Counted from the stretch's first letter, positions 1-8,577 are shown. The stretch: 24,000 nt of DNA from Pseudonocardiales bacterium (GCA_030840295.1 JAVEET010000036.1:1-24000), one strand, 5' to 3'. A program made the numbers and translations. Notes: generated by a model from the letters alone, not told the origin.

Positions 1-2
1 GA

Positions 3-923
3 GTGGCCCGCACCGCCCGGCAGGTCTCGGCGCTGCCCTTGGGCAGCGGTGACGTGCAGCTGCCGCAGCGGCTACCGAATTCAGCGGCCGAGACCGAGGT
101 CGGCCAGGTGACCGAGGCCTTCAACCACATGCTCGAACATGTGGAATCGGGTTTCGCCGAAAGGCATGCCAGCGAGAAGCTGCTCCGGCAGTTCGTCGCC
201 GATGCCAGCCATGAGTTGCGTACACCGATCGCGGTCATCCGGAGCCACGCCGAGTACGCCCAGCTGGCAACCTCAGAGCCGACCGATCAGCTTCGCACCG
301 CGTTGGAGAGGATCGTCGGGGAGTCTGAGCGGATGGGCACGCTCGTTGCAGACCTGCTGCTGCTGGCCAGATTGGATTCCGGACGGGAGTTGGCGCGCGA
401 GCGGGTCGACCTGACTCATGTCGTGCTCGATTCGGTGATCGACGCCCAGGCCGCGGGCCGGGACCACGACTGGCATCTGGACCTGCCCGAGGAGGAGATC
501 CTGCTGAGCGGCGATGCCAACGCCCTGCGACAGGTGATCATCAACCTGCTCGCCAATGCCCGCGAGCACACTCCTGCAGACACGACCGTCCGGGTCAGTT
601 TGAGCTCGGACCCCGGTGCCGGCCTCGCCGTCCTGAGCGTCAGCGACAACGGCCCCGGGATACCGTCGGCCTTGCTGCCACACATCTTCGAACGGTTCGT
701 CCGCGCCGACAGCGCTCGCGGCCATCAGGGTGAGAGCGGTCTGGGTCTGTCCATCACCGAAGCGATCGTGCACGCACACCGGGGACACATCGATGCGACG
801 AGCGAATCCGGGGACACCCGCTTCACGGTCTGGCTGCCGCTGATGGAAACCGCTGCCGCGGCGCGGATCGAGAGATCAGGCAGGCCGTCCGTCAGCGACC
901 ACTCTGCTGGCGGTCGCGACTGA
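3..923 (+). CDS. Sensor histidine kinase, C-terminal part (HAMP end, HisKA, HATPase_c); the 5' end lies outside the window
   Basis: The ORF is open from the window edge. H-box SHELRTPIAVI has its His codon at 210-212. N-box-like LLANAREHT and G-boxes DNGPGIP and GESGLGLSI are typical of EnvZ/MprB-type kinases. Confidence 0.9.
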   Translation: MARTARQVSALPLGSGDVQLPQRLPNSAAETEVGQVTEAFNHMLEHVESGFAERHASEKLLRQFVADASHELRTPIAVIRSHAEYAQLATSEPTDQLRTALERIVGESERMGTLVADLLLLARLDSGRELARERVDLTHVVLDSVIDAQAAGRDHDWHLDLPEEEILLSGDANALRQVIINLLANAREHTPADTTVRVSLSSDPGAGLAVLSVSDNGPGIPSALLPHIFERFVRADSARGHQGESGLGLSITEAIVHAHRGHIDATSESGDTRFTVWLPLMETAAAARIERSGRPSVSDHSAGGRD

Positions 924-1611
924 TCTCGTTGTCGGTCGGACCGCCAACGGTGCGGGTGGTCGGTGCGGTTCCGGGGTCCGCCGGCTGTCCTGACCGGGTC
1001 GGTGACTCGTCGACATCGGTGTCCGGACGCTGGTGATGACCGTTGCCGACGGGACGCTCACGTAGGCGGGCACGCTCGAGCTCGGCACGGTCGCGGTCGG
1101 CCTGGTCACGCTGCTGGGCCGCGCGCAGATCACGAACTCCAACCACCGCCAGTCGTCCGAGCGCGAAGGCGGCAATGAACATGATCACTGCACCGAGTGC
1201 GTAGAAATAGCCGAGTTCAGCGACCGCCCGTCCGCCGTTGGTGGTACTCAGGGGAGCGCCGATCTCGCCGATCCGTAAGAGGGGTGCGAGGGAAAGGCCG
1301 ACGACGAACCACGCGCCGCCTGCAGTGGCCAGCCAGCCACCGAGGCTGCCGATGATGCGGTTTGCGCTGAGCAGCAACATCAGACCGCCCAGAGCTGTGA
1401 CGCCGCCTGGTAGCACCTCGAGCCAGAATCGCGCCGCGCTCCAGTGCCAGGTCTGGTCTGTGCCGTAGCTGTAATTGAAATACGGGCCCACCAGGGCGAT
1501 CAAGGCGCCCCAGATGCCGAGCAGGATCAGCAGAATGCCGCTGATTGCGCCGCGGGAGCGGGGAACTCGCAAGGTGCGGGTGTGCCGGAGCGGTTGTTCG
1601 TGAACAGTCAT
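892..1611 (-). CDS. Hypothetical integral membrane protein (about 4 TM helices) with a charged, Pro/Arg/Asp-rich disordered C-terminal tail
   Basis: The ORF track gives 892..1647. I prefer the ATG at 1611 (MTVHEQPL). Four hydrophobic segments are present (GILLILLGIWGALIALVG, LPGGVTALGGLMLLL, LATAGGAWFVVGLSLAPL, GYFYALGAVIMFIAAFALG). The 3' end overlaps the convergent kinase gene by 32 nt. I recognised no family. Confidence 0.7.
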   Translation of the reverse strand: MTVHEQPLRHTRTLRVPRSRGAISGILLILLGIWGALIALVGPYFNYSYGTDQTWHWSAARFWLEVLPGGVTALGGLMLLLSANRIIGSLGGWLATAGGAWFVVGLSLAPLLRIGEIGAPLSTTNGGRAVAELGYFYALGAVIMFIAAFALGRLAVVGVRDLRAAQQRDQADRDRAELERARLRERPVGNGHHQRPDTDVDESPTRSGQPADPGTAPTTRTVGGPTDNEISRDRQQSGR

Positions 1612-1775
1612 GATCTGTCCTAACGTCACAGGCGCACCGGATACCAAATGGGATTACCACTGGCGTCGATTCGAACTGCGCCTCGTTCTCGGGCAAGGTC
1701 ACGCGGTCTGTTTGGCGTCTCTGACCTGCCTGCAAACAACCATATGCCCGCATGACCTCATCAGCCACCCGGCCC

Positions 1776-1836
1776 AAGACCGGATCGTGTAACGCTCGGC
1801 ATGCTGGGGATGCCGAGCGTTACACGATCCGGTCTT
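1776..1836 (-). terminator. Perfect 27-bp inverted repeat with a 7-nt loop abutting the TAA stop of the phosphoesterase gene; probable intrinsic, possibly bidirectional, terminator hairpin
   Basis: AAGACCGGATCGTGTAACGCTCGGCAT (1776-1802), loop GCTGGGG, ATGCCGAGCGTTACACGATCCGGTCTT (1810-1836). The arms are exact reverse complements. There is no clear U-tract on the minus strand. Confidence 0.5.
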
Positions 1837-2867
1837 TACGGACGGGCCCACACCCCGCTGACGGCAGCCGCGTTGGACGCCAAGCCGAACGGCGGCAGCC
1901 GGTAGCTGTCCAGGATCATCCGCAGCATCCCGTAATGGTCGGTGCGGGCGGCGTATTCTCCGACGCGCACGCCAGCGCCGACCAGCAACGCGGGGATGCG
2001 ATTCTCGTGGCTCGTGTCATCCTCGTCGGCGGTGACGATCAGCAGGCTTGCATGCGAACCCGCCCATGCGGCGTATCCGCCTAGGTGAGTCCGCAGCCAG
2101 CTATCGCCTTGGGCCACAGTGCCATCGTGCATGTCGTTCTGCAGATTGGGAATCACGAACGACACGGTCGGCAACCGGCGGTACTCCTGCGGCAGGGCGC
2201 TCAGCGGCTGGTTGGCCTCGGCCGGCACATTAGAGAGATTCACCCAGGGCGCATGTTTGCGGGCGTATCGTCCACCGCTGCTACAACCGGTAAATCCCAC
2301 CGAGGGCAGATCTTCGGAGTACGCACCGAAAGTCCGTCCCGCGGCATGCAGCGCGACGGCCAGATTGGGGCCGTCGAAGGTATGCGGACACGAATCATCC
2401 GACAAGCCCTGGGTCGAACCGGAGAACAGGGCAAGGTAGTTCGGTTCGCTCGGATGTGTCACGGCATAAGACTGGGTCAGCACGGCCCCGGAGCGAGCCA
2501 GGCTATTGAGATACGGCGCGTCCGGTTGGCCGAGAATTTCGCTGTACGCATGATTCTCCATCACGACGACCACGATGTGATCGAACTGGGGAACTCCGTT
2601 CGCCCCCAATCCCAGCGTGCTGGACGCCGACGATGCCGGAGGACCGGAGCTGCGGATGGATCCGGTAGGTGAGGTCAATGCAGACCGAACGCTCGTGGCC
2701 GTCGGCGAGGCGATTGGTCGCGATCCGGATCCACCCCCACATCCGGCGACGGCGGTCAGCGCAACGCCTGCGACGGCAGCTACCAGCTGACGCGTACGAC
2801 GCTTCGGCCGGACGGTGGTTGGGCCTGGCCCGCACGTCAACCCGAGGCCGGCTCGCAGTTCGGTCAT
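1836..2867 (-). CDS. Secreted phosphoesterase-family protein (acid phosphatase / non-hemolytic phospholipase C type), predicted Tat-exported lipoprotein
   Basis: 343 aa. The N-terminus has PKRRTRQLVAAVAGVALTAVAGCGGGS (twin-Arg plus a LTAVAGC lipobox). The core motifs HIVVVVMENHAYSEILG, PYLNSLA and THPSEPNYLALFSGSTQG are typical of the phosphoesterase (AcpA/PlcN-like) family. Confidence 0.8.
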   Translation of the reverse strand: MTELRAGLGLTCGPGPTTVRPKRRTRQLVAAVAGVALTAVAGCGGGSGSRPIASPTATSVRSALTSPTGSIRSSGPPASSASSTLGLGANGVPQFDHIVVVVMENHAYSEILGQPDAPYLNSLARSGAVLTQSYAVTHPSEPNYLALFSGSTQGLSDDSCPHTFDGPNLAVALHAAGRTFGAYSEDLPSVGFTGCSSGGRYARKHAPWVNLSNVPAEANQPLSALPQEYRRLPTVSFVIPNLQNDMHDGTVAQGDSWLRTHLGGYAAWAGSHASLLIVTADEDDTSHENRIPALLVGAGVRVGEYAARTDHYGMLRMILDSYRLPPFGLASNAAAVSGVWARP

Positions 2868-3082
2868 CCGGCGGCGACCAGCCTGATCGCGTCCAGCCTC
2901 GCGGCCGCCGCGTCTGGGATCAGCGTGCCCGACTGAACCCCGCTGACCCGATAGTCCAGCGCTGCCCGATTGACGACATCAAGCAGGTCCCGGTGAAATG
3001 GTAGGCGGGCGAGCAACACCGTGTCCCCGCGATCGCGGAAGAGCTGCAGTGCCTGCAGAACCGGGGCGCGTGAATGATCCAT
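2864..3082 (-). CDS. Small hypothetical ORF (72 aa from the ATG at 3082) translationally coupled to the phosphoesterase gene
   Basis: Its TGA stop overlaps the downstream ATG in an ATGA arrangement at 2864-2867. GC3 is fairly high. No family was recognised, and it could be a gene remnant. The ORF track extends it to 3199 with a GTG start. Confidence 0.3.
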   Translation of the reverse strand: MDHSRAPVLQALQLFRDRGDTVLLARLPFHRDLLDVVNRAALDYRVSGVQSGTLIPDAAAARLDAIRLVAAG

Positions 3083-3261
3083 GCCAGATCCTGACCGACC
3101 GGGGCGCTCGTCAGTCCCGGTCTTATCGTTCGCGCCCGAAGACAACGAGGCCGACGATCGCCCGTTTGCTCGAGACCACGTCTGGAACATTGTTATCACA
3201 GCCGGGCGGACCGGGTAGGCCGGATCGCTGAGCCGACCTCGATGCCTCAGACCTCAGCGGC

Positions 3262-3470
3262 TCAGGCCTTCAGGACCACCTTCTCGCAGTTGTTCCGCTT
3301 GTGCTTGAAGATGTCATAACCGTGCGGAGCCTGCTCCTGGGGGAGCTGGTGGGTGATGATCCGTTCCGAGCCAGCCGCCCTGCTCGATGTGGTCCAGCAG
3401 CGCAATCATGTAGCCGCTGTACGTGGCACTGCCCGGTATGCAAGGTGAGTACCCGGCTTAAGTGCAGACC
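3262..3470 (-). pseudogene. Remnant (C-terminal roughly 70 codons, frameshifted) of a Zn-dependent alcohol/formaldehyde dehydrogenase
   Basis: Manual translation of the minus strand gives ...ERIITHQLPQEQAPHGYDIFKHKRNNCEKVVLKA-stop (stop at 3262-3264). Two other frames upstream give YMIALLDHIEQGG and LTLHTGQCHVQR. Together they resemble the C-terminal tail of glutathione-independent formaldehyde dehydrogenase-like MDR enzymes. The N-terminal three quarters are absent. Confidence 0.6.
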
Positions 3471-3476
3471 CGGTCC

Positions 3477-3960
3477 GATCCGCATCAATGCGGCGACATC
3501 ATCGCCAGAGCGGTCGAGGAGTTCGGCAAGGGTAGATGCGCTGGTCAACGATGCGGCGTTCCAGATGACTCATGGATCGCAGCGGAAATTCGCGACGAGA
3601 GAATGGGGCTACACGTTCGCGGCCGACATCGCGGCGATGTTTCGCCTGTGCAAGGCGGCGGTTCCTCAGGTGCCACGCGGTTCAGCGATTATCGAGAGCT
3701 CATCGGTCAACTCCGACATACCCTCGCCGACGCTTGCCCTGGCCAGGCGGCGACCAAGGCCGCCATTGCCAACTTCTGCGCGAGCCTGGCGTGGTTGCTC
3801 GGGCCCAAGCGAATCCGCGTGAATTCGGTCCGATCTGGATGCCATCGATACCGGCCACCATGCCCAAGGCACGGTAGCGAGCTTCGGCAAGGACGTCCTG
3901 ATGGGAATGTCCGGACGGCCGGCCGGGCTCGCGCCGGTCACTGAAGCGTCAAGGTCCCGA
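3477..3960 (+). pseudogene. Decayed short-chain dehydrogenase/reductase (YghA / general-stress-protein-39-like SDR); 5' third missing, several frameshifts
   Basis: Homology hops between all three + frames: DIIARAVEEFGK, then VDALVNDAAFQM...REWGYTF..AAMFRLCKAAVP..GSAIIESSSV, then ATKAAIANFCASLA...IRVNSV, then GPIWMPSIPATMP, then SFGKDVLMGMSGRPAGLAP. The Rossmann TGxxxGxG region is absent. Confidence 0.7.
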
Positions 3961-3986
3961 GTGCTCGGAGCTGTAGGGCTCGGGAC
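3954..3986 (-). terminator. Candidate terminator hairpin downstream of the 4017-4538 gene
   Basis: GTCCCGAG (3954-3961) pairs with CTCGGGAC (3979-3986). This is an 8-bp stem with a 17-nt loop, so it is weak. Confidence 0.25.
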
Positions 3987-4016
3987 TGTCTGCGTCCGCC
4001 AATCGCGTCGGGCGAG

Positions 4017-4538
4017 TCAACCGCCGGTGTGGGGGATGGGGTGCGGGGAAATTTCGAACCACGCCACGCGCCAGGAGTGGGCAGACATCACGTTTGCCAG
4101 CTGTAGGTCGAGGTATACGACTGCGCCGTCGGCATATCGGATGACGGCGTTCATGTCGGCGCTACTTGCGTTGTTGGGCGTGAAGGTGGCGGTTGCGGTA
4201 CCGCTCAGCGCGTCACGGGATTGGCGGACGTCTGAGGGGTGCATCGTCGGAAGCTTGCCCATGTTGGTGACGAGTTGGCTGAGCGTGGTGAGGTCGCGGT
4301 GCGCAACGGCACGCACGTAGCAGCGGATCAACCCGGCCTGCTCATGCGTCCCCTCGCCTTGGACCTGTAACGGCCAATCGCACGACGGAACCGACGTCGC
4401 CCTGCTCGTGTCAACCGACGACCACTCCAACGTCACGCCGTACTTCACCGCGACTCCGATGATCAGGGCGGCGATGCCCCCGACGGCCACAACCGCCGCA
4501 GTCGCCGCTGACACCATGGACAGCCGAGGCACCCGCAT
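4017..4538 (-). CDS. Hypothetical membrane-anchored (N-terminal single TM) exported protein
   Basis: The ORF track gives 4017..4565. I prefer the start at MRVPRLSM (4538). A TM segment VSAATAAVVAVGGIAALIIGVAV is followed by a soluble domain of about 140 aa with two Cys. No family was recognised. Confidence 0.6.
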   Translation of the reverse strand: MRVPRLSMVSAATAAVVAVGGIAALIIGVAVKYGVTLEWSSVDTSRATSVPSCDWPLQVQGEGTHEQAGLIRCYVRAVAHRDLTTLSQLVTNMGKLPTMHPSDVRQSRDALSGTATATFTPNNASSADMNAVIRYADGAVVYLDLQLANVMSAHSWRVAWFEISPHPIPHTGG

Positions 4539-4677
4539 TCGAACCTCCCTCGACGACCCGGCCACGTCATGCTAGCCACACACGGACCCCGTAGCCGGCT
4601 GCCCAGCTGTCAGAGGGTGGACGGCAGGGAACAATGACTGGACAGGTGCGCGCTGGTTGTGCCGTCAGTGACAGGAC

Positions 4678-6084
4678 GTGGTTGTGAGCACCGAAAGCTT
4701 TCTGGCCCGACCCGGGCGCCCCGGGCCCCCTCGACGGATCAGCCTGCCGCTTCCCTACGTGTCCCCGGCACTGGTGCGGTTCCTGGCCACCGAAGCCGGC
4801 GGAGCGATCCTGCTGCTGGCAACCACCGTGTTGGCTCTGGTTTGGGCCAACCTGCCCGGAGCCGGGTATGAGACCTTGTGGAGCACCCGGACGCTGGTGC
4901 AGGCCGGGAACCTCTCGATGTCGCTGGATGTCCGCCACTGGGTCAACGACGGGGCGATGGCCATCTTCTTCCTCGTGGTCGGCCTGGAGATCAGCCGCGA
5001 GGTGACCGTCGGCGAGTTGCGCAACCGGCGCGCCGTGATCGTGCCGGCCATGGGAGCAGTCGGCGGACTGGTCGTACCCGCCCTGCTCTATCTCGCGTTC
5101 GAGCACAGCGGTCCGGCGGCAGCCGGCTGGGGTATCCCGATGTCGACGGACACCGCCTTTCTGATCGGGATACTCGCCCTGTTCGGGCCTCGCTGTCCGG
5201 ACCAGCTTCGGTTGTTCCTACTGACCCTGGCAATCGTCGATGACATCGGCGCAATCACCGTGATGGCCGTCTTCTACACCGTCCACGTGTCGATGGTGGC
5301 CCTCGCGGTGGCTTTCGGGCTGGTGATCGTCCTCGCCATCCTGAGGTGGGTCGGGGTCTGGCAGTTGGCGCCCTACCTCTTCGTCGGTGTAGCCCTGTGG
5401 GGCGCCGTCTACGCATCCGGTGTGCATCCGACCCTGGCCGGCGTGCTGGTCGGACTGCTCATTCCAGCCAGCCGGGTCGACGCCGAACAACGCGAGCAGT
5501 TGCGTTTCTACGGCAGCGCGGTGATCGAGCACGCGAACCCGGGCAGGGCCCGGCTCGCAGTCTCGGCCGCCCGGGCCACCGTGCCCGCCAACGACCGGCT
5601 GCAGGACGCCCTGCACCCGATCAGCGCGTTCGTCGTGGTGCCTGCCTTCGGCCTGGCCAACGCGGGGGTACGTCTGGACGCAACGGCCTTGCGGTCCGCG
5701 GTGACATCGGGGGTGACCATCGGCGTGGTCGTGGGCTTACTGGCCGGCAATGCCCTCGGAATATCCGCCGCCAGCGGGCTAGCGCTGCGGACCGGTCTCG
5801 GCGACCTGCCTGGCCGGGTGCGCTACGGTCATCTCATCGGCGGCGCGGTGCTCGCCGGCATCGGGTTCACCATCTCGTTGTTCATCACCGATCTCGCCTT
5901 CTCTGACGAGCAACTGCGCCAGGATGCCAAGATCGGCGTGCTGGTCGGGTCGCTGCTGGCGGCGGTCTTGGGTTCGATCCTGCTGCGTTTCCTGGGCGAA
6001 CGTCTGCCGCTGTGCAGCCTGGACGAGATGACCGGGCCGCCGCCGCTGCCCGCCGGCCCATGGCGCGATCCCACCCTCGCATGA
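4678..6084 (+). CDS. nhaA: Na+/H+ antiporter NhaA
   Basis: 468 aa and polytopic. NhaA signatures are present: WVNDGAMAIFFLVVGLEISRE, IPMSTDTAF, LAIVDDIGAI, VVPAFGLANAGV. The start could instead be the GTG at 4684, which has better spacing to AGGA at 4673-4676. Confidence 0.93.
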   Translation: MVVSTESFLARPGRPGPPRRISLPLPYVSPALVRFLATEAGGAILLLATTVLALVWANLPGAGYETLWSTRTLVQAGNLSMSLDVRHWVNDGAMAIFFLVVGLEISREVTVGELRNRRAVIVPAMGAVGGLVVPALLYLAFEHSGPAAAGWGIPMSTDTAFLIGILALFGPRCPDQLRLFLLTLAIVDDIGAITVMAVFYTVHVSMVALAVAFGLVIVLAILRWVGVWQLAPYLFVGVALWGAVYASGVHPTLAGVLVGLLIPASRVDAEQREQLRFYGSAVIEHANPGRARLAVSAARATVPANDRLQDALHPISAFVVVPAFGLANAGVRLDATALRSAVTSGVTIGVVVGLLAGNALGISAASGLALRTGLGDLPGRVRYGHLIGGAVLAGIGFTISLFITDLAFSDEQLRQDAKIGVLVGSLLAAVLGSILLRFLGERLPLCSLDEMTGPPPLPAGPWRDPTLA

Positions 6085-6189
6085 TCGCCGCCGGCGTCCG
6101 TACCCCGCGGTGACCTGGCGGGTGCGCGATGTTCACCCACGCAACCGGCCCCGCAGTTCAGGTCAGCGTCCGCCGGTTACCGTGGCAGG

Positions 6190-6696
6190 GTGACTGATTT
6201 CCAGCCGGTCCTAGACCTCAACCGACACAGCTACGGATCACCCCAAGCACCGACGACGCTCTTGGAATACGGCGACTTCGAATGCCCGTACTGTGGGGCC
6301 GCCGCACCGGTGTTGCGGCAGTTGATCGACGATTCGGATGGCACGGTCCGCCTGGTCTACCGTCATTTCCCGCTGTTCGACAAACACCCGTTCGCCTTGA
6401 CCGCGGCCCTCGCGGCCGAGGCCTCCGGCGACCTGTTCTGGGAAATGCACGACCTGCTGTTCACGCACCAGAACCGCTTGCGAGATGCCGACCTCGCGGA
6501 GTACGCGGCCCAGATCGGCGCCGGCGAGGTGGTGGGTGAGGCCGCACAGGCGTTTCGTCCGGCGGTCGAATTCGACTACCTCGCCGGCGCTGAGGACGAT
6601 GTCCGCGGCACTCCAACGTTATTCATCGACGGCAAGCGGTACTCCGGTCGGGTCCAACTCGGAGCGCTTCGCGCGGCAATCGGTCTCAGCCGATAG
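6190..6696 (+). CDS. DsbA-family thioredoxin-fold protein (thiol:disulfide oxidoreductase-like)
   Basis: 168 aa with a CPYC active-site motif (YGDFECPYCGAAAP) and a C-terminal GTPTLFIDG motif typical of DsbA/thioredoxin-fold proteins. No signal peptide is evident. Confidence 0.8.
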   Translation: MTDFQPVLDLNRHSYGSPQAPTTLLEYGDFECPYCGAAAPVLRQLIDDSDGTVRLVYRHFPLFDKHPFALTAALAAEASGDLFWEMHDLLFTHQNRLRDADLAEYAAQIGAGEVVGEAAQAFRPAVEFDYLAGAEDDVRGTPTLFIDGKRYSGRVQLGALRAAIGLSR

Positions 6697-6718
6697 GGCT
6701 GGACGCTTCGCGAACGGG

Positions 6719-6770
6719 CCAACTAAGCCAACCAAGCCAACCAAGCCAACCAAGCCAACCAAGCCAACAG
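6719..6770. repeat. Tandem 9-bp repeat (CCAACCAAG), about 5.8 copies, in the convergent intergenic gap
   Basis: CCAACTAAG is followed by 4 x CCAACCAAG and a partial CCAACAG. It fills most of the 75-bp gap between the DsbA-like stop (6696) and the regulator stop (6772). Confidence 0.95.
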
Positions 6771-6771
6771 G

Positions 6772-8577
6772 TCAGTGGGACGGCGGCAGGACGATGTCGT
6801 ACTGCCGGATCTTGCGGTAGATCGTCGCCCGTGACATACCAAGATGCTGCGCTGCCGTAGTTGGACTTTCGTCTTTGTCCCGTAACGCATTCACGATTGC
6901 ATCCCGCTCCAGGGCCTCGATCGGTGAGAGCACCCGCCGGCTGGTCGAGCGACACTCGGGCGGCAGATCGGCGAGGTCGATCGTGCCCGCCCGTCGATGC
7001 TGCAACACATAGACCAGCACGCCGCGCAGCTGGGCCACATTGCCCGGCCAGTTGAGCCGGCAGAGTTGGGCGAGAGCGTTGGGGGAGCAGCTCAAACGTT
7101 CGCCATCAGGCAGTTGGGCTAGCAGGTGCGGGACCAGTTCGGCGATGTCATCGATGTGATGGCGCAGCGGTGGCACGTCGACCGTGCGGGGGAAGACCGA
7201 TCGCAGGGGCGTCGACGTACCAGGCCTGATAGTCATGGCGACCCGGGCATGAGGTTCGGTGTCTGCCGAGGCCGTGATCAACAGGTCACTGATTGCGGCA
7301 GCTTGCTCCTCGGTCAGGCGATCGGCCTCGGCGAGGACGATCAACGCGTTCGGCAGGTAGAGATCTTCGGCCAAGGTCGCGTGCCACGCCTCGAACCCGC
7401 CCCCCTCAGGCGGTTCCATCACCCGAACCTGACCGGCCGGGTTGTGCAGCCGGTGCACGCCACGCAGCAATGATCTCTTGCCCGTTCCGGGCTCTCCCTC
7501 GAGCGCCATCCAGTCGCCGGCCCGATATCGGGAATCGACCTGGTGTACGCAGCGCCTCCATACCGCTCCGTTGCCGACCAGTCCCGGCAGCGATGGCGCG
7601 GCCTGGGTACGCGCTCGCGCCGACATACCTGCCGCCTGCGGTTCCGCGCCGTGACCGATCCGGATGCGGAACACGCCGCCTGCCGGTCCGCCGTCACAGT
7701 GAGCAGGTGTGTAGCGCAGGTGCGCCGAACGCCCAGTGGGGAGTTCCACCGTTCGCATGGCCTCGCGTTCGGCGGACTGCATGGTGTCGATCGCGTAGCC
7801 GATCAAAGCCTCGTGCTCAGCTGGGTCGAGCAGGTGCCGAAGGTGGTTGTTACTCATCACCACGTCGTTGTTGAGCGCGAGGACCGGCCCATTCGATTGT
7901 TGACACACCTTCAGGTACTCCGAGAACAGCGCAATCTCGCGTATCCCGGTTTGTTTGACGAGCTCCTGCTCGATCTGCCGTGCGGTCGCGGACGCCAGAG
8001 CGGTCAGCATCGCCCCGGGCGCGTTGCTCCAGGAGGTCAGATCGAGCAGGCCGACGACCTTGCCGCGGGTCGGGTGCTTGATGGGTGACCCGGCACAGGC
8101 GAATTGGCCCAGTTCGTGGGCGTAGTGCTCACGTCCCTCGACCAGCGTTGCCCGCCCACTGCTCAATGAGGTGCCGATACCGTTCGTCCCGGCGTACTCC
8201 TCGGCGTAGCTGAAGCCCGGGGCCAGCCGCACCTTATCCAGATGCTCGGCCATGTCGCGCCCGGAGCAGCGACGATCGAGGACGAGGCCGGCCTGGTCGG
8301 TGAGGATGATGCTGATCGATTCGCTCTGGAGCTGCTCGCCGAGCGTGTCCAGAATCGGCGCTGCGCTTCGGAACAGCGGAGCTTCGAGATCCGGATCGCG
8401 GATGTAGGGGACCCGAATCCGATCGATGCCGACATCGCTGTCGCGGGAGCGCTGCCACGACGCGAGGATCATCCGCCGGACGTGCAGGTCGGAGTCGGTT
8501 TGGCTGGATAGGAATTGCTCTCGAGCGTGCCCGGTGGCTCGCTGGCCGAATCCTGGCAATGCGTCCGGTTCGTGCAC
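6772..8577 (-). CDS. mimR: AcoR/MimR-type transcriptional activator (N-terminal GAF-like sensor, shortened AAA+ domain, C-terminal Fis-type HTH), divergent from the monooxygenase operon
   Basis: Walker A GEPGTGK, LNWPGNVAQL, and a C-terminal HLGMSRATIYRKIRQY HTH are present. I prefer the GTG start at 8577, which has GGAGG 7 nt upstream, over the ORF-track start at 8733. Its position and orientation match the described MimR/PrmR-type regulators next to mim/prm clusters. Confidence 0.8.
   Translation of the reverse strand: MHEPDALPGFGQRATGHAREQFLSSQTDSDLHVRRMILASWQRSRDSDVGIDRIRVPYIRDPDLEAPLFRSAAPILDTLGEQLQSESISIILTDQAGLVLDRRCSGRDMAEHLDKVRLAPGFSYAEEYAGTNGIGTSLSSGRATLVEGREHYAHELGQFACAGSPIKHPTRGKVVGLLDLTSWSNAPGAMLTALASATARQIEQELVKQTGIREIALFSEYLKVCQQSNGPVLALNNDVVMSNNHLRHLLDPAEHEALIGYAIDTMQSAEREAMRTVELPTGRSAHLRYTPAHCDGGPAGGVFRIRIGHGAEPQAAGMSARARTQAAPSLPGLVGNGAVWRRCVHQVDSRYRAGDWMALEGEPGTGKRSLLRGVHRLHNPAGQVRVMEPPEGGGFEAWHATLAEDLYLPNALIVLAEADRLTEEQAAAISDLLITASADTEPHARVAMTIRPGTSTPLRSVFPRTVDVPPLRHHIDDIAELVPHLLAQLPDGERLSCSPNALAQLCRLNWPGNVAQLRGVLVYVLQHRRAGTIDLADLPPECRSTSRRVLSPIEALERDAIVNALRDKDESPTTAAQHLGMSRATIYRKIRQYDIVLPPSH

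Noticed and set aside
6485-6955. ORFs 6485-6820 (+) and 6686-6955 (-) encoding PTKPTKPTK and WLGWLGWLG repeat peptides.
   Set aside because: They are artefacts of reading through the 9-bp tandem repeat. They overlap the well-supported DsbA-like and regulator genes and have no independent start signals.
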